From: Candidatus Syntropharchaeum caldarium
Lineage (GTDB): Archaea; Halobacteriota; Syntropharchaeia; Syntropharchaeales; Syntropharchaeaceae
DNA: 32,000 nt
Assembly (NCBI GenBank): GCA_001766815.1
Contig: LYOS01000001.1
Coordinates: 390,001-422,000, forward strand
Direction of reading: 5' to 3'
Shown piece after piece: positions 1-9,528 of the stretch (position 1 is its first letter; each line of letters begins with the position of its first letter). The translations under genes were made by a program, and so were the position numbers. Below the pieces are notes generated by a model that saw only the letters and a list, made by a program, of their open reading frames with translations, was not told where the DNA came from and searched no databases.

Positions 1-1
1 T

Positions 2-478
2 ATTATCCCTGGAAACCATGATGGAAAGATAGGAGATCTACTACCAGCTCACAAAAATATAACGCTTCACGGTGTGGAGGGTGCAGTTATAGATGGGGTT
101 GGATACTTCCATGGGCATGCCTGGCCATCCGAAGAGGTTCTGGGTGCAGAACACCTCATGATGGGGCATAATCACCCTGTAATCCAGTTTGCGGATAAGT
201 TCGGGTACACACTCCATAGACGTGTCTGGATTCGAGCAAAATGCAACTTTGACCTGCTAAAAGCTCACTATCCAACGCTAAAGGATTGGCATGATCCTTA
301 CTGTACAATTATGCCTGCATTCAACGAACTCTGTGGTGGTATCACGTTTAACACAAAACAGGGAGAAGATCTGCTCGGTCCTATGAGTTCACATATCCTC
401 CTGATAGACGAGGCGGAGGTATACCTCCTGGATGGAACGTCGATCGGTAAAATTGGTGATATCAAGAGGGAACAATAA
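2..478 (+). CDS. Metallophosphoesterase (calcineurin-like), 5'-truncated by the window edge
   Basis: The frame of ORF 74..478 stays open back to position 2. The upstream residues read IIPGNHDGKIG, which contains the GNHD metallophosphoesterase motif, followed by His-rich GHAW and GHNHP. The TAA stop overlaps the next ATG (TAATG at 476-480). Confidence 0.7.
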   Translation: MIPGNHDGKIGDLLPAHKNITLHGVEGAVIDGVGYFHGHAWPSEEVLGAEHLMMGHNHPVIQFADKFGYTLHRRVWIRAKCNFDLLKAHYPTLKDWHDPYCTIMPAFNELCGGITFNTKQGEDLLGPMSSHILLIDEAEVYLLDGTSIGKIGDIKREQ

Positions 479-981
479 TGTGGGGGGAGGTCCTGGAGAA
501 GTTTAATCGATTTCCAGCACAGCAACGGGTGATTTCTCTCATGCTTGAGAATGGCTTTGGCATCAGTCCAGGCGGGCGCATCAGGGCAGGAAAGATCGAG
601 ATCTCCCACACAGATGTTGCAAGGGCTGTAGGAGTTGATCGAAGAGTGATTGATGCCACAATCAAAAATATAATGGCTGATGAAAGTTTAAGAACAATAT
701 TTGAGAATATGCGTGCGATTCCACTTCTCAGAGATCTTGCGCCACTCCTAAATCTGGGCGTGATCGTGATCGAGCCGCATGATGCAACGGATGTGGGCAT
801 ACTCGGTGCGGTTGCTGGCACGATCGCATCACATGGGCTTTCAATTCGCCAGGCAGTCTCTGATGACCCTGTTTTTACGGATGAACCAAGACTCACGATT
901 GTAACAGATCCCGAGATACCACCAGAGCTGATACGGGATCTCAAAAAGATTCCTGCGGTCAAGGGAGTTACGATCTACTAA
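478..981 (+). CDS. ACT-domain putative regulator of amino acid metabolism (COG2150-like)
   Basis: 167-aa ORF with an HTH-like segment (ISHTDVARAVGVDRRVI) and a C-terminal ACT-like segment (GVIVIEPHD..GILGAVAGTIASHGLSIRQ). It is translationally coupled to the upstream gene. Confidence 0.6.
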   Translation: MWGEVLEKFNRFPAQQRVISLMLENGFGISPGGRIRAGKIEISHTDVARAVGVDRRVIDATIKNIMADESLRTIFENMRAIPLLRDLAPLLNLGVIVIEPHDATDVGILGAVAGTIASHGLSIRQAVSDDPVFTDEPRLTIVTDPEIPPELIRDLKKIPAVKGVTIY

Positions 982-1397
982 TTGAACCCGATCAATTCGA
1001 AGATGGGTTAGTTAATCTCTCTAAAAGGAGGAGGTTTGAGGTGAAAAGCTGGATGCCATACCCTTTTGGAAGAGATTTGCGGGTTTTCTCATAAGGAGTT
1101 GTTGTGATGTACAGGTAACACCCACACCAGTTTCACCTCTACCTGGCAGAAGTCCTGTCTGCAAGAAGTGTACACGCTTATTGGTAATAAACTTTTTGGT
1201 TATAGTAGCATTAAATTAGAATATATTTGTATAAAAGTCTACCATTAATCTGCTGCCTGATCTTATATTTTTTGATTTTGATACAATAGATCCATGTTCA
1301 GGTCATACCTCGCCTTCATAGCACTAAGTGGCGGATTACTTGCGGGTGAGGCGGGTTATAACTTCTAAATCTATGGCTTAATGCTCCTCTCAAAATC

Positions 1398-2555
1398 TCA
1401 AATAAGCATACCTTCAGAGATTCGCTCAACTGCCACCTTAATCCTCTCCACATCTTCCGTCAACGCAAACCGCACAAAACCCTCTCCATGCGCGCCAAAT
1501 CCAACCCCGGGTGTTACAACAATCCCGCATTTTGAGAGGAGCATCTCAGTATATGACATCGAGTCATAGCCCTCAGGCACAGGTGCCCAGACGTAGAATG
1601 TAGCAAGTGGCGGCTCAAGACCCAGTCCTCTGCAGAGCACATCTCTTCTTTCTCTATAAATCGCGCTGTTCTCACCTGCAACTGCATCCGCGATCTCAAG
1701 CGCCTTTATCCCTGCCAGCTGCACCGCCTCAAAGATACCAGAGTCAATGTTTGTCTTGACCTTCAAAAGCCCTGCAAGAATATCCGGGTTTCCAAGTGCG
1801 TACCCGATTCGCCATCCTGTCATGTTACACGTCTTTGAGAGCGAGTTGAACTCAATCCCAACGTCCCGTGCACCATCGACCTCAAGAAAGCTTAAAGCGC
1901 GGGTACCATCATATACGATCTCGCTGTAAGGATTATCGTGGCACACGATGATATTGTGTTCCTTTGCAAAATCTACAACCTCTTTGAAGAACGCCTCGTC
2001 TGCGAGGGCGGCTGTTGGATTGTTGGGGTAGTTTAAAAATAGGAGCTTTGTCCTTCTCAAAACCTCAGGATCAATCTCTGTGAGATCAGGTTTGAAACCG
2101 TTCTCTGGAAGAAGTGGTAAGATGTACGGCTTTCCACCGGCAAGTATCGTTGAGTTGAGATAGACCGGGTATGCGGGATCTGGTACAAGCACATAATCAC
2201 CAGGATTTATGAATGCAAACGGTATGTGTGCAATCCCCTCTTTTGATCCGATGAGCGCAACCACTTCCTTTTCTGGATCAAGTTTCACTCCCTTGTTACG
2301 CTTGTACCACGATGCAACAGCCTCCCTGAAGACCCGCATCCCATCATACGTCGGATATCTATGCGTATTTGGATCACTGGCAGACTTGCAGAGCGTCTCA
2401 ATAACAGGTTTGGGTGTTGGAAGGTCCGGATCACCGATAGAAAGATCTATTATATCTATTCCAGCTGCTCTTGCCTCTGCCTTCATCGCATCGATCTGCG
2501 CAAATAGATACGGTGGCAACTGATTAATCCTCTCAGCATATGTTATACTTTTCAC
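1398..2555 (-). CDS. dapL: LL-diaminopimelate aminotransferase (DapL-type class I aminotransferase)
   Basis: 385 aa. The N-terminus INQLPPYLFAQID..DLSIGDPDLPTP and the PLP-lysine motif SLSKTCNMTGWRIGY are typical of DapL in methanogens. Confidence 0.75.
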   Translation of the reverse strand: MKSITYAERINQLPPYLFAQIDAMKAEARAAGIDIIDLSIGDPDLPTPKPVIETLCKSASDPNTHRYPTYDGMRVFREAVASWYKRNKGVKLDPEKEVVALIGSKEGIAHIPFAFINPGDYVLVPDPAYPVYLNSTILAGGKPYILPLLPENGFKPDLTEIDPEVLRRTKLLFLNYPNNPTAALADEAFFKEVVDFAKEHNIIVCHDNPYSEIVYDGTRALSFLEVDGARDVGIEFNSLSKTCNMTGWRIGYALGNPDILAGLLKVKTNIDSGIFEAVQLAGIKALEIADAVAGENSAIYRERRDVLCRGLGLEPPLATFYVWAPVPEGYDSMSYTEMLLSKCGIVVTPGVGFGAHGEGFVRFALTEDVERIKVAVERISEGMLI

Positions 2556-2559
2556 ATTA

Positions 2560-3696
2560 TCACTTCTTCATTTTTTTTGCATGAACCTCTACAATCGCAT
2601 ACTCGCGATTGCCAAGCCCAAGTCGTTCTCCAGCATCGATCTGAACACCTGAATCGGTTTCCGGGAAAATGCCTCTGAACTTATCGCCCTCTATGCCGTT
2701 TGCCATCGATTCTGGCAGTGCCGTGGCAGCGGTTACAAGATCGAGTGATGCCTTATCGATCGCGACGATATCCCTGGATGCAAGGATCCCGAGGTCGGGC
2801 ACGATCGGGTTGTCTGAGTATGGATGGCAATCACAGTGCGGGGTGATATCAAGTAGAAAATTGAAAAATGTGAACTTATCACGTCCCACAAGATCCATCA
2901 CAGCCTTTGCACAGTCAACAAGCCTTGTATCAAGCTCAGCAGGTTTTGTCCACTCAACGATTACAGCATCTTCCCTGCATATACCGATACAACCCCCACA
3001 CCTGATACACCTCCTCGTATCGATGGCGTAATCTTCAATCGCATCAGATGGGCAGATCTTCACACACTCATCGCAATGGTTACAGCGACTGCTATCGATC
3101 TGTGGGTAATCTTTCAGGTGAATGTCGTATTTTGATGGCTTTGCCGTGCAACCAACACCTATATTCTTCAGCGATCCTCCAAATGAACCTGTGAGATGGC
3201 CTTTGAAGTGTGTGAGGCATATGAGACGATCACAATCCGCGATTGCTCTTGCAACATATACTTCCTTCAGCTGGATTCCATCAACCTCAACCTTCACAAA
3301 GTCAAGGCCCTTGATGCCATCGGCGATGATTATCGGGGCCCCGAGCGTCTGATGGGTATATCCATTTTCCTCGGCCACTCTGATCCTCCCTGTTGCGAAA
3401 TTTGTCGCACGACTCATCCCCAGACCGCACGTCTCTGTGAAAAACGGATCTCCGCCACGCGCTTTGACCAGTTCTGCAACCTTTCGCATGAATACAGATC
3501 TCAGCTGTTTTGTAACACCGCGCTCACCAAAATGAACTTTGAGTGCAACACTCTCCCCGCGTTCTACATCATCGAGGATACCACTCTTTGCAATAAGCTC
3601 ATCAAGCCTGCTGACGGCACTGAGGTGCGGTTGATACCATTCACTGACCTCTGCAACTGGCGCTCGTGTATCAGTGAAGTAAACAGTTGCGACCAT
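2560..3696 (-). CDS. DUF362 domain protein with an inserted 2x[4Fe-4S] ferredoxin domain
   Basis: 378 aa. Two CxxCxxCxxxCP-type motifs are present (CNHCDECVKICP and CIRCGGCIGICRED). The flanking sequence resembles the DUF362 family. The gene starts 8 nt downstream of the oxidoreductase delta gene on the same strand. Confidence 0.65.
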   Translation of the reverse strand: MVATVYFTDTRAPVAEVSEWYQPHLSAVSRLDELIAKSGILDDVERGESVALKVHFGERGVTKQLRSVFMRKVAELVKARGGDPFFTETCGLGMSRATNFATGRIRVAEENGYTHQTLGAPIIIADGIKGLDFVKVEVDGIQLKEVYVARAIADCDRLICLTHFKGHLTGSFGGSLKNIGVGCTAKPSKYDIHLKDYPQIDSSRCNHCDECVKICPSDAIEDYAIDTRRCIRCGGCIGICREDAVIVEWTKPAELDTRLVDCAKAVMDLVGRDKFTFFNFLLDITPHCDCHPYSDNPIVPDLGILASRDIVAIDKASLDLVTAATALPESMANGIEGDKFRGIFPETDSGVQIDAGERLGLGNREYAIVEVHAKKMKK

Positions 3697-3703
3697 CGCT
3701 GAT

Positions 3704-3946
3704 TTACTCCTCTTTAACCATCCGAATCGCTTTTACAGGGCACTCGTTTGCGCATATCCCGCAACCCTTGCAGTAGTCATAGTCGATCTCAAGCTCAGCA
3801 CTGATCGTGGCTTCAGGACAGAGTAGATAGCATTCAAAGCAGCGTGTGCAGAGATCATAATCAATAACTGGCATAAAGACACGCCAGTCTCCTGTTCTGC
3901 CCGATGCACCAACGGTGGGATATGAGATTGACATCATTACCTTCAT
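3704..3946 (-). CDS. 2-oxoacid:ferredoxin oxidoreductase, delta (ferredoxin-like) subunit
   Basis: 80 aa with two 4Fe-4S motifs (CTRCFECYLLCP and CKGCGICANECP). It overlaps the gamma gene by 4 nt. Confidence 0.85.
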   Translation of the reverse strand: MKVMMSISYPTVGASGRTGDWRVFMPVIDYDLCTRCFECYLLCPEATISAELEIDYDYCKGCGICANECPVKAIRMVKEE

Positions 3947-4563
3947 ACAGCTTCCTCTATCGTCTCATAGACCTCTTCTGCAAACTCTTCAGACTCTTCA
4001 AGGATGAAACGCCTATTTTGAACCCTGACCACACGCTCATGAGCAAGATCCGCAGCTTTGATATTCTTAGGTTCTGAGTAGGTCTGCCTTATCGCCTTCT
4101 TGAGTGAGTTCTGTTTGACAAGCCCGAGTTTTGCAAGTGCCCCGAGCATCGGCGTATTCAGAACGGGTGTCCCTGCAACTTTTAGCCCAAGATCGAGCGA
4201 GATCGTCGTTGCATCGACTGAATAAAGGATAAAATCTTCGAGTGCAGCGGGACGCTCTCCCCTATTGTTGATCAAAAATATTGTTTTCGCATCTGCGCCC
4301 TCAGTTACATCTGCGATCTCAACAAGTACTGGATCGAGGATAACAACATAATCAGGTGATTTTAAGTTGCTGTAGCGCCTGACTTCACTATCTGATATTC
4401 GGGTTCCAGCCACAACCGCAGCACCACGCCGTTCCGCACCATAAACCGCAAGTGATGCGCTGTACTTTCCATCTAAGAACGCAGCCATCCCCAAAATTTT
4501 AGCAGCGGTGGCACCACCCTGTCCTCCTCTCGAGTGAAACCTCACCTCTATCATATCCCCCAC
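3943..4563 (-). CDS. 2-oxoacid:ferredoxin oxidoreductase, gamma subunit
   Basis: The N-terminal IEVRFHSRGGQGGATAAKILG is the gamma-subunit signature. The gene overlaps the end of the alpha gene. Confidence 0.85.
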   Translation of the reverse strand: MGDMIEVRFHSRGGQGGATAAKILGMAAFLDGKYSASLAVYGAERRGAAVVAGTRISDSEVRRYSNLKSPDYVVILDPVLVEIADVTEGADAKTIFLINNRGERPAALEDFILYSVDATTISLDLGLKVAGTPVLNTPMLGALAKLGLVKQNSLKKAIRQTYSEPKNIKAADLAHERVVRVQNRRFILEESEEFAEEVYETIEEAV

Positions 4564-5729
4564 CAGTACTCACCTCCTCTGATCTTAACAATCTCGACAA
4601 GATCTTCGGCGCTTATGTCCTGACCGCCAAGCCCTGCGATCACACTGACGATCTCTCTTTTCACGTCTGCACTGTATAGACGAGCCTTAATCTCCTGTGC
4701 GAGGATTCCGCCACAGCCTCCAGAGTAGTTACGATCAACCACAACGATCGTATCGGCAGGCGATCTTTCAAGAATATCGATGATCTCATCAGGGAATGGT
4801 CTGAACTGTCTGACTTGAAGTAAACCCGCCTTAATACCTCTGAATCGCATGATATCAACCGCTTCTTCCGCTTCCTTTGCAAGTGTGCCCATCGCAACAA
4901 GGAGAACCTCTGCATCATCGGTTCTGTACTCTGGTACAGGGCTGTATGCTCGCCCGAAAAGTCTCAGAAACTCTTCTTCAGCCTCCCTTATAACAGTTTT
5001 TGCACGTTCCATCCCGACCTTCCGATCGTGCTGCACACGGTAATTGTCGGTGGGTGCGATGAGTGTACCGAGTGTATGTGGCGAGTCAAAGTTCAGGGCG
5101 TGTTCCATCTTGAGATCATCGAGAAACTCACTGATGTAGAGATCATCATCTACAAGATTGAGTGGTTGATTTATATGTGTCAGGAGAAAACCATCGAGGT
5201 TCACCATCGCAGGCAGCATCACACCTTCATTCTCTGCAACCCTGAAAGCGATCAGGATTGTGTCATAGACCTCCTGGACGCTTGATGCAAAGAACTGAAT
5301 CCAGCCCGCATCTCGCAGCGATAGCGCATCAAGATGATCTGCCCAGATATTCCATCCTGACCCAAGTGCACGATTTGCGTTTGCCATAACGATCGGAAGC
5401 CTTGCTATTGCAGCCCAGTGAACCATTTCTGCCATGTATAGTAACCCATGACTCGACGTCGCAGTGAACGTCCGTACACCACAGGATGAAGCTCCAATGC
5501 ATGCAGAAAGTGCGGAATGCTCACTCTCAACTGCTATGAACTGACACTCACTCCCACTTTCGCCGATAAATAGCGATAATTTCTCGACAATCTCTGTCTG
5601 TGGTGTTATTGGATACGATGCGATCACAGAGGGTTTTGCCGTCATAACCGCCCTCGCAACAGCCTCGCATCCCGTGACAAAGACCCGGTGATCCTGACCT
5701 GTCTCTCCTTCTTGCGTTGCTATACTCAA
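4551..5729 (-). CDS. 2-oxoacid:ferredoxin oxidoreductase, alpha subunit
   Basis: 392 aa. GCEAVARAVMTAKPSVIASYPITPQTEI matches the alpha-subunit N-terminal motif. The gene overlaps the beta gene by 4 nt. Confidence 0.85.
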   Translation of the reverse strand: MSIATQEGETGQDHRVFVTGCEAVARAVMTAKPSVIASYPITPQTEIVEKLSLFIGESGSECQFIAVESEHSALSACIGASSCGVRTFTATSSHGLLYMAEMVHWAAIARLPIVMANANRALGSGWNIWADHLDALSLRDAGWIQFFASSVQEVYDTILIAFRVAENEGVMLPAMVNLDGFLLTHINQPLNLVDDDLYISEFLDDLKMEHALNFDSPHTLGTLIAPTDNYRVQHDRKVGMERAKTVIREAEEEFLRLFGRAYSPVPEYRTDDAEVLLVAMGTLAKEAEEAVDIMRFRGIKAGLLQVRQFRPFPDEIIDILERSPADTIVVVDRNYSGGCGGILAQEIKARLYSADVKREIVSVIAGLGGQDISAEDLVEIVKIRGGEYWWGI

Positions 5730-6652
5730 AGATCACACACCTCCCTGAAGTAGGCTATATTTGCATCGATCTTCTGCTGTGAGATCTCGATCTCTTCATC
5801 GCTCATCCTCGCAAATCTACCCTGGACACGGTAATATTCTCTAACCGGTATCGGTTTCTTTATCGCATTAATACTGGGCTTACTCATCCTGATCTTCCGT
5901 TCTTCCATCTCATAGAGAAAGAACGAACAACTCTTGACGGCGAGTTTGCCAACCTCTATCGCCTTATCAGTGGAGATCCTCCATCCAGGTGGACAGGGAG
6001 CCAGGACGTGGATAAATTTGGTTCCTTCAATCGAGAGCGCTCGTTCAACCTTTCTTTGAAGATCAATTGGATAAGAAGCACAGGCAGTTGCCATGTAAGG
6101 TGGGTTATGAGCACCTATTATAGCTGCAATGTCTTTTTTATCCTCACGTTTTCCGAAAGGCGTTGTGGTAGTTACCGCTCCGAACGGCGTTGAGCCTGAT
6201 CGTTGCATACCTGTATTACCGTACGCCTCGTTGTCATAGCAGACATAGAGAAAGTCATCGTTGCGCTCAATGGCCCCGGATAATGCCTGAACTCCAATAT
6301 CAACCGTTCCGCCATCACCGGCAATCGCTATCACGTTTATTCCACGATCTCGCACCGCAGCCCGAACTCCACTCGCCATTGCTGCTGTACAGGCAAATGC
6401 AGTATCAAGCGTAGGGATTGCCATACACGTATTCGGGTAGACCCCCTCGCAAACAACGGCACAGCAGGCGCCAACAAGTGCAAATGTATCAGGCCCTGCG
6501 GCCTTCAATATATGACGAATGGCAAGCATTGCTGTGCAACCGGGACATGACGAGTTTCCTTTCAGCAGATATTCCGCTTTATTTATTCTGTTTTTACTCA
6601 GTCTATCCTGCTTTTTTGTTTCTGCAACAACCACGATAATCACCAAACCCAT
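5726..6652 (-). CDS. 2-oxoacid:ferredoxin oxidoreductase, beta (TPP-binding) subunit
   Basis: 308 aa with a CPGC cluster-ligand motif and the TPP motif GDGGTVDIG..YDNEAYGNTG. Confidence 0.85.
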   Translation of the reverse strand: MGLVIIVVVAETKKQDRLSKNRINKAEYLLKGNSSCPGCTAMLAIRHILKAAGPDTFALVGACCAVVCEGVYPNTCMAIPTLDTAFACTAAMASGVRAAVRDRGINVIAIAGDGGTVDIGVQALSGAIERNDDFLYVCYDNEAYGNTGMQRSGSTPFGAVTTTTPFGKREDKKDIAAIIGAHNPPYMATACASYPIDLQRKVERALSIEGTKFIHVLAPCPPGWRISTDKAIEVGKLAVKSCSFFLYEMEERKIRMSKPSINAIKKPIPVREYYRVQGRFARMSDEEIEISQQKIDANIAYFREVCDL

Positions 6653-6894
6653 AATATTTTTTTTAAAAAAGATTCGGGATCAAACGTTACAACGCCAAGC
6701 GTAATAGCAGCAAACGTAAAAAAACTCCTCGTATTGCCTTCCCTACACCTGACACCTTCATTTTGACCATGCCAACTTTCCACCTGCACAATATATAAAA
6801 GTTGTGGTAGTCTCATCAGGGTTATTATCACATTGGATACAATTTCGTAAGATTAGAAAAAGCTTAAATATACCAGCTGTAGTTAGGTATAATC

Positions 6895-7212
6895 ATGATT
6901 GAAATAAATCGAGTGATCACAAAGAAGATCCTCGAGGGTGGGAAGATCACAATACCAAAAGATATCATCGTCAGGTTTAATATAAAACCCAATGACAAGT
7001 TGAAATGTGAAACCAAGGGCCACACATTCATAAAACCTGTTATCGCAAATAATCGAATAACGATTCCAATCGAGATTCGCGAGATCCTTAAGTTGAAGAA
7101 AGGAGATCGAACAGACATCACTATTATATCAAAGATCGAAGATTTTGACGTAAATCTTGCTGGACTTATGCGCTCAGAAAAGAAGGGGCGGAAAAAAAAT
7201 AAGCAGTTATAA
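6895..7212 (+). CDS. Tandem SpoVT/AbrB-domain DNA-binding protein
   Basis: 105 aa with two copies of the swapped-hairpin motif (GGKITIPKDIIVRFNIKPNDKLKCE and NNRITIPIEIREILKLKKGDRTDITI). It has a basic C-terminal tail and lies in an AT-rich locus. Confidence 0.6.
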   Translation: MIEINRVITKKILEGGKITIPKDIIVRFNIKPNDKLKCETKGHTFIKPVIANNRITIPIEIREILKLKKGDRTDITIISKIEDFDVNLAGLMRSEKKGRKKNKQL

Positions 7213-7247
7213 TGCAATTTAGATAAAAATATGATGGATATGAGATC

Positions 7248-7697
7248 ATGAAAGACGATATTGATGAATTAGATATGCGAATTCTCACCACGATGCTCAG
7301 GGGAAAAGGGGTTGGAGCAAGACTTACGCAGCTCGCAAATGAGCTAAAAATTCCGCGAAGTACCGCTAATTTGAGGGTTAACAGGCTGGAGGAAAAAGGT
7401 GTCATATCGACGTATGCACCAGTAATCAACTGGGAAAAGCTTGGATATGAGTTTTCAGGTTTCATCGGCATAATTTGCCCGTCTGATACTGTAGATAACC
7501 TGATTGAACGCCTGAAAGATGAGGAGTCAATCTCTGAGATCTGGGATGTAACAACGGGAACATTTCGCATCTTTATGCAATGTCGATTCAAGAGTTACGA
7601 AGATCTAAGGGGAATCTATGACCTCATAATGGAGGTACCGGGGGTTAAAGATGTGAACGTCTGGCTTCTGGGAAACGCTTACAAAAAAGAGGTTTGA
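7248..7697 (+). CDS. Lrp/AsnC family transcriptional regulator
   Basis: 149 aa. It has an N-terminal wHTH (LDMRILTTML..LTQLANELKIPRSTANLRVNRLEEKGVI) and a C-terminal RAM-like domain. Confidence 0.85.
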   Translation: MKDDIDELDMRILTTMLRGKGVGARLTQLANELKIPRSTANLRVNRLEEKGVISTYAPVINWEKLGYEFSGFIGIICPSDTVDNLIERLKDEESISEIWDVTTGTFRIFMQCRFKSYEDLRGIYDLIMEVPGVKDVNVWLLGNAYKKEV

Positions 7698-8291
7698 TTG
7701 GTAGTGAGAACTAAGATAAAAGTTATAGCCTTTAACAGCAGCCCACATAAAGATGGAAACACGGTCATACTCATCAATCGTGTGCTGGATGAATTGAAAA
7801 AAGAAGAGATTGAAACTGAACTCTTTCATATCGGTGGGAAAACATTACATGGTTGCACAGCCTGTATGAACTGCTTTAAAAATAAAGATCAACGATGTGT
7901 GATAGATGATGATATCCTGAATGAATGCATCGAAAAGATGCTTGAGGCGGATGGAATCATTCTGGGGTCACCCACCTATTTTTCAAATGTTAACACTGAG
8001 TTGAAGGCTTTGATCGACCGGGCAGGACTTGTGGCTATGGCAAATGGTTATCTATTAAAGCGAAGAGTTGGTGCAGCGGTCGTTGCAGTTCGAAGGGCCG
8101 GTGCAATTCCTGTTTTTAATGCGATAAACCAGTTCTTCTTGATCAATCAGATGGTGGTAGCTGGTTCGAGTTACTGGAATTTAGGCATTGGATTCCATCC
8201 CGGTGATGTGGAAAAAGATGAAGAAGGAATTCGAACCATGAAGAATTTGGGTGAAAACATGGCATGGATCTTGAAGAAGTTGCATCCCTGA
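7698..8291 (+). CDS. Iron-sulfur flavoprotein (Isf-like, NADPH-dependent FMN reductase fold)
   Basis: 197 aa. The flavodoxin-like N-terminus ([15 protein letters not shown]) is followed by the compact Cys motif [15 protein letters not shown] (CX2CX2CX7C), typical of methanoarchaeal Isf. The start codon is uncertain (TTG or GTG). Confidence 0.7.
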   Translation: MVVRTKIKVIAFNSSPHKDGNTVILINRVLDELKKEEIETELFHIGGKTLHGCTACMNCFKNKDQRCVIDDDILNECIEKMLEADGIILGSPTYFSNVNTELKALIDRAGLVAMANGYLLKRRVGAAVVAVRRAGAIPVFNAINQFFLINQMVVAGSSYWNLGIGFHPGDVEKDEEGIRTMKNLGENMAWILKKLHP

Positions 8292-8354
8292 TCTGCTATG
8301 TAGCATTCAAGCGTATTTATTTAAGATGCAATGAGCTATAAATAACTTCGATGA

Positions 8355-9500
8355 ATGAGGTTTATGGATGGGAAACGGTCTGACACTCTGTATCCTCGTC
8401 TTGGCACAGTCCTTGTAATTCTCATCGCACTTGTTGCAGGGATGATTGGAGGATTTGTGGGATGGTATGGGGCGTTTCATGAAGCAAATCACTGTGGAGT
8501 ACATACCACAAATCTCACATCAAACCAGGAAGCAATTGTTGTTGGAATATTCGAGGATGTAAAACGTTCAATGGTTTACATAAAATCCTCGAAGACAAAT
8601 GTCAGCGGAATTAAGCATCCATTTCCGATAAATGGTTCTGGATCGGGTTTTGTCATAAGCTGTAACGGTTCAGCGTACATCATAACAAATGAGCATGTAA
8701 TCGCTGGGGCGGATGAACTGACGATAACATTCTTTGATGGCACGCAACGAAGTGGAACACTCATCGGATCTGACCCGATGACGGATGTCGCTGTGATTGA
8801 AGCTTCACTTCCTGCACACATTCAGCCGCTTACACTTGGTGATTCGGACAATATACGTCCAGGTCAGCTTGCAATAGCTATTGGAAACCCTTACGCACTT
8901 GATAATACAATCACACTTGGTATCATAAGTGGGCTTGATAGAACAATTACAACAGAGGGTGGATATACGATCGAAGGCGTTATACAGACTGATGCTGCAA
9001 TAAATCCTGGAAACAGCGGTGGACCTCTATTGAACGCCAGAGGTGAAGTCATTGGGATAAACAGTGCAATACTTCCATTTGCGGATGGAATCGGATTTGC
9101 AATACCGATAAACACCGCAAAAAAAGTTTCATCTGAGATCATAGCACACGGAAAGGTCTTGAGACCATGGCTTGGGATCACAGGCATGGATTTAACCCCG
9201 GAGCTGGCTGAGATGCTGGGGCTTGATCTTGATGGTGGAGTCATCATCGTTGATGTCTTTGAGGGCGATCCAGCGGATGAGGCAGGACTTCGGGGTTCAA
9301 GCTCACATATCGGGGCAGAGGATTTTGAACCAGGTGATATCATCATCGAATTTGATGGTAAAAAGATTTTTACGATGAACGAACTCATAAAGGCGATTTT
9401 AGAGCATGAAATAGGTGATGAGGTTGAGATCGGCTACGTGCGGGACGGAGTCGAAGAGCGGGTTAATGTAACACTTAAAGAGCGACCACCGGGAAAGTGA
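8355..9500 (+). CDS. HtrA/DegP-family serine protease with PDZ domain and N-terminal membrane anchor
   Basis: 381 aa. Features are a TM helix (LGTVLVILIALVAGMIGGFVGWYG), catalytic motifs TNEHV and GNSGGPLL, and a C-terminal PDZ-like region. Confidence 0.85.
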   Translation: MRFMDGKRSDTLYPRLGTVLVILIALVAGMIGGFVGWYGAFHEANHCGVHTTNLTSNQEAIVVGIFEDVKRSMVYIKSSKTNVSGIKHPFPINGSGSGFVISCNGSAYIITNEHVIAGADELTITFFDGTQRSGTLIGSDPMTDVAVIEASLPAHIQPLTLGDSDNIRPGQLAIAIGNPYALDNTITLGIISGLDRTITTEGGYTIEGVIQTDAAINPGNSGGPLLNARGEVIGINSAILPFADGIGFAIPINTAKKVSSEIIAHGKVLRPWLGITGMDLTPELAEMLGLDLDGGVIIVDVFEGDPADEAGLRGSSSHIGAEDFEPGDIIIEFDGKKIFTMNELIKAILEHEIGDEVEIGYVRDGVEERVNVTLKERPPGK

Positions 9501-9528
9501 GGAGAGCGCGGGTGGTGGTTATATAACC

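Noticed and set aside
462-962. Long antisense ORFs inside confident genes (for example 462..962 -, 6864..7217 -, 8891..9388 -, 13231..13635 +, 15010..15468 +, 17017..17418 -, 18824..19261 -)
   Set aside because: They are shadow frames opposite well-supported genes. Their translations are Ser-, Pro-, Arg- or Ile-rich and low-complexity, with no motifs and no independent start signals.
981-1397. Unusually long (417 nt) convergent intergenic region as a site of a tRNA, sRNA or small gene
   Set aside because: No cloverleaf or conserved RNA motif is visible. The only coding-like signal is a 17-codon ORF (1041-1094) behind a strong AAGGAGGAGG, which is too short to support from sequence alone. T-runs are consistent with ordinary archaeal termination of the two convergent genes.
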